The position numbers were made by a program, and so were the translations under genes. A model generated the notes under the pieces. That model was not told where the DNA came from and searched no databases. It saw only the letters and a list, made by a program, of their open reading frames with translations. DNA of 64,000 bases from Flavobacteriaceae bacterium UBA2540. GTDB taxonomy: Bacteria; Bacteroidota; Bacteroidia; Flavobacteriales; Flavobacteriaceae. The stretch lies in contig DDMS01000025.1 of assembly GCA_002340765.1 (NCBI GenBank), positions 1,692 through 65,691 of the forward strand, given 5' to 3'. This document shows positions 22,605-32,171 of this stretch, piece by piece (position 1 is the stretch's first letter; each line of letters begins with the position of its first letter).

Positions 22605-23662
22605 AAATCTTTGCAAAAATAGAAAATTCGTATCAAAAAAAACAACCATTTGTTGTTTATAGAAAACCGGAATCCACTGACATTGCTGGTTTTTTTCAAA
22701 AAAATGATTTGTTAAATGTTCTAAATGATTTCTCTGAAAGCGGATTTGTTTTTGCGCCTTTTGATTCATCAAAAAAAACAATTTTTTTTCCAGAAAATGA
22801 TACTGACTTTATTTCAGAAAAACTTCATTTTGATTATTTAAAAAATAAAGAAAATGTTTTCGAAGAGAATTCAATTCAAAGAGAAAATCATTTAAAAGTT
22901 GTTCAAAATGCCATTGATGAAATTGCAAATGGAACCTTTAAAAAAGTCGTTATTTCAAGAAATGAAGTTATAAAATTGAATGATTTTAATCTTGTTGAGG
23001 TGTATCAAAAATTACTTCAAAATTATCCAACCGCGTTTGTATATATTTGGTTTCATCCAAAAGTTGGTTTGTGGTTAGGTGCAACCCCAGAAACGCTTTT
23101 AAAGATTGAAAATTTGGATTTTGAAACCATGTCTTTGGCAGGAACTCAAACCGCAAACAATCTGGATAATGTAGTTTGGCAACAAAAAGAGCTCATTGAA
23201 CAAGGTTTAGTGACGGATTTTATCCAAAATCAATTAAAAAACCTTGCATGGAATTTAAAAATAAGCCCTATTGAAACCATAAAAGCTGGAAATTTATTTC
23301 ACTTGAGAACGAAAGTTTCAGGAAAATTAAATACCGAAAACTCAGTTCTTAAAGATTTAATTGAAGCCTTGCACCCAACTCCAGCAGTTTGTGGATTGCC
23401 AAGAAATGAATCAAAAAAATATATCCTTGAAAACGAAAATTATGACAGGGAATTTTATACAGGATTTTTAGGAGAATTGAATTTAAAAAACACTAATTCA
23501 GATGTGAAAAAATCAATGCTTTACGTGAACTTACGTTGCATGAAAATAACCAAAATGACTGCAAATTTGTTTATTGGAGGAGGAATTATAAAAGACAGTA
23601 ATCCAGAAAAAGAATGGCAAGAAACAGTTTCAAAGAGTAAAACAATGAAACTTGTTTTATAA
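22601..23662 (+). CDS. menF: isochorismate synthase (chorismate-binding enzyme)
   Basis: KVVISR, GATPETL, LAGT, LHPTPAVCG, YVNLRCM, GGGI...EWQET motifs; next to a MenI-like gene. Confidence 0.85.
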   Translation: MKIFAKIENSYQKKQPFVVYRKPESTDIAGFFQKNDLLNVLNDFSESGFVFAPFDSSKKTIFFPENDTDFISEKLHFDYLKNKENVFEENSIQRENHLKVVQNAIDEIANGTFKKVVISRNEVIKLNDFNLVEVYQKLLQNYPTAFVYIWFHPKVGLWLGATPETLLKIENLDFETMSLAGTQTANNLDNVVWQQKELIEQGLVTDFIQNQLKNLAWNLKISPIETIKAGNLFHLRTKVSGKLNTENSVLKDLIEALHPTPAVCGLPRNESKKYILENENYDREFYTGFLGELNLKNTNSDVKKSMLYVNLRCMKITKMTANLFIGGGIIKDSNPEKEWQETVSKSKTMKLVL

Positions 23663-23733
23663 AAAAAATCAAAAACGATGATGTTTTTTGTTTTTAATAA
23701 TGATATTTATATCTTTCAACTAAAATATATCCT

Positions 23734-25761
23734 TTGCAAAACATTGTAATTATTTATATGATATTGGCGTTGTTATTGAGCTTTTCAATAGCTTATTTTC
23801 AATATTATTTCAGAGAAAAAAACACACATAAAATTACCATAATTTTGTTTTTTTTGAGGGTTTTTAGTGTTTTTATGATGCTGATTTTACTTATCAATCT
23901 AATTATTGAAAACGAAGTTTACACGAATGAAAAACCAATTCTTTCTTTGTTGATAGACAACTCCAAATCCATTGATTTTTTAAAAGAGAGTAAAAATGTT
24001 TCTGATTTGTTATCGGAATTCAACTCAAATACCAAAATCAATAATAAATTTTCACAAAATCAATTTCAGTTCGGAAAAGGGTTGGATGTTTTGGACAGTC
24101 TCACTTTTCAGGACAATAAAACCGATATTTACAATGCCATTTCTGAAGTTCAAAAACTGAATGCTGATAAAATAGCTCCAATTATTTTAGTAACTGATGG
24201 AAATCAAACAATTGGTTCTGATTATGAATTTCTGAATTCAAAACAACCTATTTATCCTATTGTTGTTGGTGATACAACTCAATATTCTGATGTGAAAATT
24301 ACCAAATTAAATGTCAATAAATATAGTTTTCTCAATAATCAATTTCCTGTAGAAGTATTAATGAATTATGAAGGCAAAGAAAAAGTAACGACCGAATTTA
24401 GAATTACGTCTGAAGGAAAGACAATTTTTAGAGAAAATATAAGTTTTTCAGCCCAAAAAAATACGGTTACTATTTCAACGAAAATCAACTCAAATTCATT
24501 GGGAGTGAATTTTTATGAGGCAAGCATTCAAAAAATTGAAAACGAAAAAAACACTAAAAACAACTCAAAAATGTTCTCTGTAGAAGTGATTGACGAGCAA
24601 ATAAAAGTGCTTATTTTAACGTCAATTTTACATCCTGATTTGGGAGTTTTAAAAAAAGCAATTGAAAGCAACAAACAGCGTTCAGCTACTATTTCATTAA
24701 TTAATGATTTTAAAAATCAAATTAATGATTTTCAATTAATCATACTGTATCAAGTAAATAATAAATTTGAACAAATACTTAATGAAATAAACACTAAAAA
24801 AATACCTTTTCTCTTTATTTCTGGTGCAAAAACTGATTGGAATTTTGTTAATAATCAGCAATTAGGTTTTAAAAAAATAGCCATCAATCAGACTGAAAAT
24901 TATGGGGTGATAAACAATGAAGCATTCATGATGTTTCAGCAAAATAATATTGGTTTTGATGATTTCCCACCTTTAAAAGATTTCTTTGGCGAACTCATTA
25001 TTGATAAAGAATTTCAGGTTTTACTATTCCAAAATATCAACGGAATTCAAACTTCAAATCCGTTGTTGGCAATTTTTAATAATGATAATCATAAATTTGC
25101 AACACTCTTTGGAGAAGGAATTTGGAAATGGCGTTCAGCAAGTTTTTTAAATAACAATTCTTTTGAAGATTTTGACGCTTTTATTGTTAATTTGGTTGCT
25201 TATTTAGCTTCTACTAAAAAAAGAGATAGACTAGAAGTGAGTGCTGAAAGTTTATTTCCTTCAAACTCAATCATTAATATATCAGCTTTTTATTCTGATA
25301 GTAATAATAAATTTGATCCAAGAGCGTCTTTGGAAATTGTCATCAAAAATACAACCACGAATGAAACTATCAAGTTTCCTTTTTCATTGGTGAACAATGC
25401 TTATCATGCTACATTTGAAAATCTGAACTCTGGAAAATATGAGTATCAAGTAGCAGTTTTAGTTGAAAATATATTTAAAAATGGACGATTTGTAGTTACT
25501 GATTATCAAATTGAAGAACAGTTTAGCAGAGCGAATTTTGAAAAACTTATGAAACTGGCTTTAAATTCTGGTGGGAAAGTGTTTTTCGTAAATCAATCAA
25601 ATAATTTAATTGATGAATTGCTTGAAAATGAATCTTTTTATACGGTTCAAAAATCAATTAAAAAACAGCAAAGTTTATTGGATTTGAAATGGATTTTATA
25701 TTTTATCATTGCATTTTTAAGTATTGAATGGTTCATCAGAAAATATATTGGTAAGATTTAA
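23734..25761 (+). CDS. VWA domain-containing membrane protein
   Basis: N-terminal TMs, DNSKS MIDAS-like motif, VTDGNQ, C-terminal TM EWFIRK. Confidence 0.8.
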   Translation: MQNIVIIYMILALLLSFSIAYFQYYFREKNTHKITIILFFLRVFSVFMMLILLINLIIENEVYTNEKPILSLLIDNSKSIDFLKESKNVSDLLSEFNSNTKINNKFSQNQFQFGKGLDVLDSLTFQDNKTDIYNAISEVQKLNADKIAPIILVTDGNQTIGSDYEFLNSKQPIYPIVVGDTTQYSDVKITKLNVNKYSFLNNQFPVEVLMNYEGKEKVTTEFRITSEGKTIFRENISFSAQKNTVTISTKINSNSLGVNFYEASIQKIENEKNTKNNSKMFSVEVIDEQIKVLILTSILHPDLGVLKKAIESNKQRSATISLINDFKNQINDFQLIILYQVNNKFEQILNEINTKKIPFLFISGAKTDWNFVNNQQLGFKKIAINQTENYGVINNEAFMMFQQNNIGFDDFPPLKDFFGELIIDKEFQVLLFQNINGIQTSNPLLAIFNNDNHKFATLFGEGIWKWRSASFLNNNSFEDFDAFIVNLVAYLASTKKRDRLEVSAESLFPSNSIINISAFYSDSNNKFDPRASLEIVIKNTTTNETIKFPFSLVNNAYHATFENLNSGKYEYQVAVLVENIFKNGRFVVTDYQIEEQFSRANFEKLMKLALNSGGKVFFVNQSNNLIDELLENESFYTVQKSIKKQQSLLDLKWILYFIIAFLSIEWFIRKYIGKI

Positions 25762-25880
25762 AGGGAAAACTAATCAAATATTGAAGTAATCATTAACGAT
25801 TACTTTAATAAGTAAACAAGCATTCATTTTGTGTTTGAATTATATAAGTCGTATATTTGAACAAATTTAAAATATTAAAT

Positions 25881-26711
25881 ATGGCGAATAATCAATTTGA
25901 TTTTAATTTCCCAAAAGGCGGAATTCTTATTATTATAATTGCGGTAGTAGCAATTATTGCGTTTTCAAAATCAACAATAACCATTGGTCCAGGAGAGGGT
26001 GGTGTTGTGTTTGAGCGTTTTGGGGAAGGTATCAATACTTACATCACTTATGGAGAAGGTTTTCATATTGTGGCTCCTTGGAATAGAATGATTGTAAGAA
26101 AAGTGCGTCAACAATCTGTTTCAGATCAAATGAATGTGTTGTCTGTAAATGGATTGGAAGTTACCGTTAATGGAACTGTTTGGTATGAACCTGAGTTTAA
26201 GAATTTGGGATTGTTAATCAAAACTAAAGGAGAGGATTATGAACGTGAATTGCTTGATCCAGCTGTGAATGCTGCTGCAAGAAGCGTTGTAGGACGTTAT
26301 ACACCTGAACAATTATACTCAAGCAAAAGAGATGTGATTGAACAAGAAATTTTGGACGAAGTAAAAATAATCTTAAAAGACCAATACTTGTCTGTAAAAA
26401 GAGTATTGGTAAAAGATGTAAAATTACCAACAACCATCAAAAATGCGATCGAAACCAAATTAAAACAAGAACAAGAATCTTTAGAATATGAGTTTAGATT
26501 GTCAAAAGCTAAAAAAGAAGCAGAAAGACAACAAATTGATGCTGAAGGAAAGGCCAGTGCTAACAAAATTTTAAGTGCCTCACTTACTGATAAAATCTTA
26601 CAAGAAAAAGGTATTGAGGCAACACTAGAATTGGCCAATTCTCCAAATAGCAAAGTAATTGTAATTGGTTCAGGAAAAGAGGGATTGCCAATTATTTTAG
26701 GAAATCAATAA
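25881..26711 (+). CDS. prohibitin/SPFH domain protein
   Basis: N-terminal TM, EGFHIVAPW, AARSVVGRY, EAERQQIDAEG; ATG at 25881. Confidence 0.92.
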   Translation: MANNQFDFNFPKGGILIIIIAVVAIIAFSKSTITIGPGEGGVVFERFGEGINTYITYGEGFHIVAPWNRMIVRKVRQQSVSDQMNVLSVNGLEVTVNGTVWYEPEFKNLGLLIKTKGEDYERELLDPAVNAAARSVVGRYTPEQLYSSKRDVIEQEILDEVKIILKDQYLSVKRVLVKDVKLPTTIKNAIETKLKQEQESLEYEFRLSKAKKEAERQQIDAEGKASANKILSASLTDKILQEKGIEATLELANSPNSKVIVIGSGKEGLPIILGNQ

Positions 26712-27053
26712 GTAATTTAACCTTAAAACTTTAAAAAAGTCCACGATTTTTCTGGGCTTTTTTTTGTTTTTAGAAAGTTTGTATTTGTAGTCGAAAAATA
26801 TTCTTAAATTCTTAAAAGTTTATCAAACACTTTTCACTTTTGTGATGTAATTTATTATGAAACTTCTTATTTGAGTAAATAATTTAACCTTAAAAAGAAA
26901 CGATTTGATTTAAGACTTCAAGATACTGAATTCCAGTATTTTGACCAATATCTAATCAATTTATTTTATTTAAAATAATTACACTCAACGGGTAAAATTA
27001 GTTAGTTTTTAAATAGTTGTGGAGAGCCAAAAGTACTGTTTTTGGCTTTTTTT

Positions 27054-27863
27054 TTAATTTTGATTCTTTTCAGGAATTTTATCGCGCTCAATTTTCCCTT
27101 TTTTCAATGCTTTATAGTTTTCATAACAATCCAATACTGCTTCAATCAGCTGTAAATCAGAGGCTTTTTTGATAAAGTATTCTGAGTAGTTACAATCCGT
27201 TAGTAGTTCTGACAATTCTTGGCTATCCATGCCAAGATATTCCATCATTACTTCTCGGTCAAATTTGCCAGAAAGCATTTTACGTAAATCGTCTTCTTTT
27301 TTCAGTTTTTGAAGTTTTTTCAGCTGTTTGGGTTTGTTGCCAAAAAGATTATAGAGAAAATCAACAGGTTGAAATAACGCTGCAATAGGTGAGGAGTAAT
27401 TTTTTTTGGTTGGTCTTCCAACTTCATACGTTTGTGGAAGTCCATTGATACGAATTCTCGTGAAATTATCTTTCGGAACTTGTTTGATATCAATTTCCAA
27501 AACGCCAATCAAATTGGTTGATTTTATGATAATCTCTCTAGTTTCCTCGGATTTTTCATAAAGCGCTATTTCCAGCTCATTTCCTTTTAATAAGTCGTTT
27601 GTAATTTTCAGTTTGATAGATGAATATCCCAAATACGAGACCAAAATAGTATCGTTGACAATGGCTAGCAATTCAAAAAAACCATTTTCATTGGTGATGG
27701 TTCCTTGCACAGTATTCAAATTCAGAACGTGAGCTGCGCTCAGAGCATGTTTCGTTTCTGAATGAATAATTTGACCTTTTAATATTGTTTTACGAGTGGT
27801 ATCATTTTGAGAAAAAATGCCCCATGAAAACAACAAACACAATATGAACAGATTTTTTTGCAT
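27054..27863 (-). CDS. carboxypeptidase-like regulatory domain protein
   Basis: Signal peptide; GTITNENGFFEL...DTILVSYLGY (CarbopepD_reg_2-like). Confidence 0.75.
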   Translation of the reverse strand: MQKNLFILCLLFSWGIFSQNDTTRKTILKGQIIHSETKHALSAAHVLNLNTVQGTITNENGFFELLAIVNDTILVSYLGYSSIKLKITNDLLKGNELEIALYEKSEETREIIIKSTNLIGVLEIDIKQVPKDNFTRIRINGLPQTYEVGRPTKKNYSSPIAALFQPVDFLYNLFGNKPKQLKKLQKLKKEDDLRKMLSGKFDREVMMEYLGMDSQELSELLTDCNYSEYFIKKASDLQLIEAVLDCYENYKALKKGKIERDKIPEKNQN

Positions 27864-27936
27864 AGAAACAAAAATAAGTATAAAACTTTTGAAGAAAGGT
27901 TAATTTTTTGTGAAGATGAAAAATAATTCTAAAAAG

Positions 27937-28020
27937 TGCGCGTAACTGGATTCGAACCAGCACATCCTTTCGAACACAAGCCCCTCAAGCTTGCGCGTCT
28001 ACCAATTTCGCCATACGCGC
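27937..28020 (-). tRNA. tRNA-Leu(GAG)
   Basis: GCGCGTA acceptor stem, D-loop AATTGGTA, anticodon arm CAAGC-TTGAGGG-GCTTG, long variable arm, GGTTCGAATCC T-arm. Confidence 0.96.
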
Positions 28021-28066
28021 GTTTTTACAGAATATTAAAAAAAGTTAAGTTTAAACTAACTTTTTT

Positions 28067-28139
28067 TAACTGTGTTGGGATTCGAAACCAAGCCCCTTTC
28101 ATTAAAAGTTTAATGCTCTAACAAAAGAGCTATTAGGTT
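28067..28139 (-). pseudogene. degenerate tRNA-Lys(TTT)
   Basis: 73 nt AACCTAA TA GCTC TTTTGTTA GAGC A TTAAA CTTTTAA TGAAA GGGGC TTGGT TTCGAAT CCCAA CACAGTT A: correct tRNA register, intact D stem, Lys anticodon loop; acceptor stem pairs 3/7 and anticodon stem 3/5. Confidence 0.8.
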
Positions 28140-28232
28140 ATTATAATAATGATGTAAATATACTGCTAAGTTATTATATAGTCTTAAAAAAATAAATATA
28201 TTTTATCGATATTTGCCCTAAAAAATAGCATC

Positions 28233-28745
28233 ATGCATATTATTTTATTGGGATACATGGCTTCAGGAAAATCAACGATTGGCAAGCAGCTTTCTAAAAA
28301 GCTAGGGATTCCTTTTCTAGATTTGGATACATATATTTATGAAAAAGAAAACAAGTCTGTTTCGGAGATTTTTTTACAAAATGGTGAAATCTATTTCCGA
28401 AAAAAAGAGCACGAATACTTGAGGGAAGTTCTAGAAAATCAGCAAGATTTCATCCTTTCTTTGGGTGGGGGTACTCCTTGTTATGCAAATAATATCGAAT
28501 TAATTCTCAATAAAAATTCAATTTCTATTTATTTAAAAGCATCCATCCAAACCCTGTCAAATAGACTTTTAAAAAACAAAAATTTAAGACCTTTGGTTGC
28601 TTTTTTGGAAGATGATCAAGTGCCTGAATTTATTGCAAAACATCTTTTCGAAAGACGTTTCTTTTATGAACAAGCCAGAAAAGTGGTAGTTATTGATCAA
28701 AAATCAGTATCAGAAATCGTTGATGAAATAGGAACGTTATTATAG
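28233..28745 (+). CDS. aroK: shikimate kinase
   Basis: GYMASGKST, DLD, GEIYFR, LGGGTPC, RPL motifs. Confidence 0.95.
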   Translation: MHIILLGYMASGKSTIGKQLSKKLGIPFLDLDTYIYEKENKSVSEIFLQNGEIYFRKKEHEYLREVLENQQDFILSLGGGTPCYANNIELILNKNSISIYLKASIQTLSNRLLKNKNLRPLVAFLEDDQVPEFIAKHLFERRFFYEQARKVVVIDQKSVSEIVDEIGTLL

Positions 28746-29243
28746 TAAATAAGCAACTGATTCATCTTCTAAAAAATCTATCTGAACATGTTCTTTGATA
28801 GACGTTGATAGTGAAACGCCTTTAAAATCTGCTTTTACAGGATATTTTTTATGGTTTCTGTTCACCAAAACTGCCGTCTTAAATCGTTTTAACGGAACCT
28901 CTAAAAAGTGCTTTACTCCATAAATCAATGTGTTTCCTGAACTCAAAACATCATCAACCAATACCAATGATTTGTTTTTATAGTCATCCACAGCCAAAGT
29001 AGTTGTCACGATATCTAGGGGATTTTTTTTGTTGATATTGACCAAGCAAATAGTCAATTTCAAATCAGAAATTTCTGAAAGTACTTTTACAAGTTTTTCA
29101 GCAAAAATATATCCATTGCCAGTAATGCCTGCAATCACAACTTCTTTTTCATCGGAATTACTTTCATATATTTGATAAGCAATTCGCTTGATTTTTTGAT
29201 CGATTTGAACAGTATCTAAAATGATATTATTTTCTTTTGTCAT
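28740..29243 (-). CDS. phosphoribosyltransferase (PyrR-like)
   Basis: KRIAYQIYE, LVLVDDVLSSGNT PRPP motif, PVKADFKG. Confidence 0.88.
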   Translation of the reverse strand: MTKENNIILDTVQIDQKIKRIAYQIYESNSDEKEVVIAGITGNGYIFAEKLVKVLSEISDLKLTICLVNINKKNPLDIVTTTLAVDDYKNKSLVLVDDVLSSGNTLIYGVKHFLEVPLKRFKTAVLVNRNHKKYPVKADFKGVSLSTSIKEHVQIDFLEDESVAYLL

Positions 29244-29620
29244 GGTTTTTCGTTTGTGTTTTCTTGATATCCATCAATGTCTCTTCTGTCTTTTTTAGTA
29301 GGTCTTCCTTCTCCTTTTTTGCGATAATGCTCTTTGGCAAATTTCAGCAATTCATTTTTATTAAACTCTTCAGCTGGTGTCATATCTTTTCTATATAAAT
29401 CTACCAATTTACACCCAATTCTACTCTGTGGCAAATCAATTACTCTAATTTGATAATTGATTTGGTCTTTTCTCACCAACAACAACTCGTTTCCAAAAAC
29501 CTCTCTAGAAGCTTTCACGTTGCTTCCTCCAATTTTTATGTGTCCCTTTTTGCAAGAATCTGTTGCCAAACTTCTTGTTTTATATACCCGAATACACCAC
29601 AAATATTTATCTATTCTCAT
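29240..29620 (-). CDS. RNA-binding S4 protein (Hsp15/HslR)
   Basis: MRIDKYLWCIRVYKTRSLA...GRPTKKDRR. Confidence 0.93.
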   Translation of the reverse strand: MRIDKYLWCIRVYKTRSLATDSCKKGHIKIGGSNVKASREVFGNELLLVRKDQINYQIRVIDLPQSRIGCKLVDLYRKDMTPAEEFNKNELLKFAKEHYRKKGEGRPTKKDRRDIDGYQENTNEKP

Positions 29621-29698
29621 AAAAAAGTTAAAATATACTTTTTGTGTTTCTACAAAGGTATAAAAATGTTAAATTGCGCCCTAAAATTTTATGGTAAA

Positions 29699-30613
29699 AT
29701 GACTAAAATAAAAAATATTTTTATTATCCTACTTTTTTCTCTAGTAGTTTATGCTTGTGGTGATGACAATACGTTTCGAAATCCGTTTGCTGATGTTGAT
29801 CATAAAGCCCTTGCTATATCTGACAATGATTCTATTGTAAAGTTTTTGAAAGCACATTATTATGATGATACCGTTGACTCTGTTAAGGCATTGCTTTCTG
29901 GAAAAACAGCTATGTATAATGATTCAAAGCTTAAAATCATGGACGTTACTGAAAATGAGATTAGCTATAAATTATATATTTATGTTGCTAAAGAAGGAAG
30001 TGCCTTTCCAAATTCGGATAAAGGATTTCCAAAGAAAGTTGATTCTGTTTTTGTAAAATATTCAGGAAGAACTTTTTCAGGAAGAACTTTTGCAGCAAAT
30101 GCTTTTGATTCAAATATAATTGGTATTTGGTTCAATCTGAATTCTGTGATTGGTGGTTGGACGTATGGCATGACAAATTTTAAAGGAGGTTCTCTAAAAA
30201 AAGATCCTAGTGGAGGACCTTTCAACGGGCCAATTACTTTTTTAAATAGTGGAAAAGGCGTTATTTTTATTCCTTCAGGGTTGGCGTATCCTTCGTCAAG
30301 AATTCAAAATCAGTCCAATTCGTTGGTTGATACCAACTTGTTTTTTTATATTGATTTACTCGATTTTGTAAAAGATACAGATCATGATAATGACAATGTT
30401 CCTTCTTACAAAGAGGATGTTGATGGAGATGGGGATATAAACAATGATGATACGGATAAAGACGGAATACCGAACTTTTTTGATGCAGATGATGATGGAG
30501 ATGGCGTATTGACCAAAAATGAAGACGCTAATGGTGATGGAGATCCAACAAACGATTTTAGTGACCCTAACAACCCAACATTGCCTGATTATTTAAATCC
30601 AAAAATCAAATAA
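29699..30613 (+). CDS. FKBP-type peptidyl-prolyl isomerase lipoprotein with C-terminal Ca-binding DxDxDG repeats
   Basis: True start probably 29699 (MTKIK..., lipobox VYAC); VIGGW, FIPSGLAY FKBP motifs; DHDNDN/DVDGDG/DTDKDG/DDDGDG/DANGDG repeats. Confidence 0.85.
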   Translation: MTKIKNIFIILLFSLVVYACGDDNTFRNPFADVDHKALAISDNDSIVKFLKAHYYDDTVDSVKALLSGKTAMYNDSKLKIMDVTENEISYKLYIYVAKEGSAFPNSDKGFPKKVDSVFVKYSGRTFSGRTFAANAFDSNIIGIWFNLNSVIGGWTYGMTNFKGGSLKKDPSGGPFNGPITFLNSGKGVIFIPSGLAYPSSRIQNQSNSLVDTNLFFYIDLLDFVKDTDHDNDNVPSYKEDVDGDGDINNDDTDKDGIPNFFDADDDGDGVLTKNEDANGDGDPTNDFSDPNNPTLPDYLNPKIK

Positions 30614-30650
30614 ATCATCTAGATTATTAAAAAAAAACCTTTGCGATCTT

Positions 30651-30884
30651 CTAAAGAGTTTTTGAAAGCAAACTAGTGATGTGCTTGATGACATTCATGT
30701 GCAATTTCGGAAAATAGTGTTTGTTAAAGTGCCAAATATCGATAATGTCACCATTCAAAATCAGTACTTTTGGTTGTATGTTTTTTAAATAGGTCAATAA
30801 TTATTTTGTCTTGCAATCATAAGTTCCTAAATGCACATTAAAAATAACACCATAATCTAATTGGCGTTTTTTTATTTTTGTCAT
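30651..30884 (-). pseudogene. truncated LpxH-like metallophosphoesterase (UDP-2,3-diacylglucosamine diphosphatase family)
   Basis: MTKIKKRQLDYGVIFNVHLGTYDCKTK*LLTYLKNIQPKVLILNGDIIDIWHFNKHYFPKLHMNVIKHITSLLSKTL*: DxHLG altered to NVHLG, LNGDIIDIW retained, one in-frame stop, C-terminal part missing. Confidence 0.8.
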
Positions 30885-31154
30885 TATTATTTTAAAATTA
30901 AAAAAGTATTTGAAAAGTGGCGAAAACAATACACTTGAACTCACCTAAAAGGACAATAGATTTATTTTTTTTAAAAAAAATACAATACTTATTGATTTTA
31001 ATAAATGTATTGGATAGATGTTTTAAAATTGTAAACTTCATATAAAGAAATTAAGATTTTAACTTTATAAAAAAGTGTTTATTAATGTAGAGTTATTGCG
31101 TAAAAAATTAGCCCCAAGCGGACTCATAGAATTTGACGTTGAGAAAAAATGAAT

Positions 31155-31292
31155 TTAACAGAATTTTCCTTGTTGAATTTTAGTTTGGTTCATTGTTGCA
31201 TCTGCCAATCCACATGAAGAAGAAGTGCTTCTGCAAGAAGACAAACAAACGATTCCTAAAACATAAATTGAAATAAATAAGACTTTTTTCAT
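31155..31292 (-). CDS. small 45-aa lipoprotein
   Basis: MKKVLFISIYVLGIVCLSSCRSTSSSCGLADATMNQTKIQQGKFC; lipobox LSSC; starts 18 bp after the upstream gene's stop; below the ORF-track cutoff. Confidence 0.65.
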   Translation of the reverse strand: MKKVLFISIYVLGIVCLSSCRSTSSSCGLADATMNQTKIQQGKFC

Positions 31293-31310
31293 GAGTTCAT
31301 TTTTAAGAAT

Positions 31311-32171
31311 TTAAAGATATATATTTTTTATGAATTCGTATGAGTTTTTCTTTTGTTCTAAAACGTTAAAACTCATCATTTTATTTTGAATACGTGAAAT
31401 TAAATTTTTTGTTATAGGTTTTCCAGCATTCCATTCTGTAATTTTCAGCCATTCTTCAACATCCTCAAGCTTTTGCTGATAACGTTTTGAAAGTATTTCT
31501 GCAATTTCAGGAGTTTTTTTAAAATGTAAAATTTCATTATTTATGATGTTTAAAACCTTTTTTACGGCATCCAAATTATTTTCTAAAATGTCATTTCTAA
31601 CTGCAATCATAAAACAAGGCCAAGGAGTAGGGCAGTCCTCAATTCTTCTGAAAATTCCCTTATCAACCAGAGGTTTTGTAGTGAAATGTTCCCACATAAA
31701 ATAATCTGCTATTCCCAAATTTAAAGCATCAATTCCTCCTTGTAAATTGCCAATTTCTAAAAATTTCAATTTTGATGCATCCCAACCTTGGTTATAAGCG
31801 TTCACAATTGCCATCAAATGAGACCCTGAACCAAATCTGCTAATCGCAATTGTGGCATGTTTCAAGTCTTCAATTTTTTGAAAATTGGATATTGCATTCA
31901 CATGAATTCCCCAAACTAATCGAGATTTAACATAAGTTTGAACAATTTTTGATGGATTTCCAGCAGCAATATCTTTGATAATTCCTTCAGTCAATACAAT
32001 AGCAATATCCAATGTTCCATCTCTAAAAGCAGCACACATGTCACCAGTTCCACCAGGAAAATCTTTCCAGCGAAGATTTATATTTTGTTGCTTATAAGAT
32101 TTGTTTTTTAAGGTAATGTACCAAGGATAATTAAAATGTTCTGGAACGCCACCAACTTTTAAATCAATCAT
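31311..32171 (-). CDS. substrate-binding domain protein (NMT1/SsuA-like PBP2)
   Basis: VGGVPEHFN, GGTG, ISRFGSGSHLMA, FMWEHFTTKP, PTPWPCF motifs. Confidence 0.8.
   Translation of the reverse strand: MIDLKVGGVPEHFNYPWYITLKNKSYKQQNINLRWKDFPGGTGDMCAAFRDGTLDIAIVLTEGIIKDIAAGNPSKIVQTYVKSRLVWGIHVNAISNFQKIEDLKHATIAISRFGSGSHLMAIVNAYNQGWDASKLKFLEIGNLQGGIDALNLGIADYFMWEHFTTKPLVDKGIFRRIEDCPTPWPCFMIAVRNDILENNLDAVKKVLNIINNEILHFKKTPEIAEILSKRYQQKLEDVEEWLKITEWNAGKPITKNLISRIQNKMMSFNVLEQKKNSYEFIKNIYL

Noticed and set aside
26713-26895. 16-bp direct repeat TAATTTAACCTTAAAA (26713-26728 and 26880-26895)
   Set aside because: Very AT-rich, only two copies and no element between them. It could be chance and is not a CRISPR repeat.
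27936-28121. 61-aa plus-strand ORF
   Set aside because: It is the antisense reading of tRNA-Leu and the tRNA-Lys relic.
29450-29698. N-terminal extension of the FKBP ORF
   Set aside because: It overlaps the Hsp15 gene on the opposite strand; the signal peptide starts at 29699.
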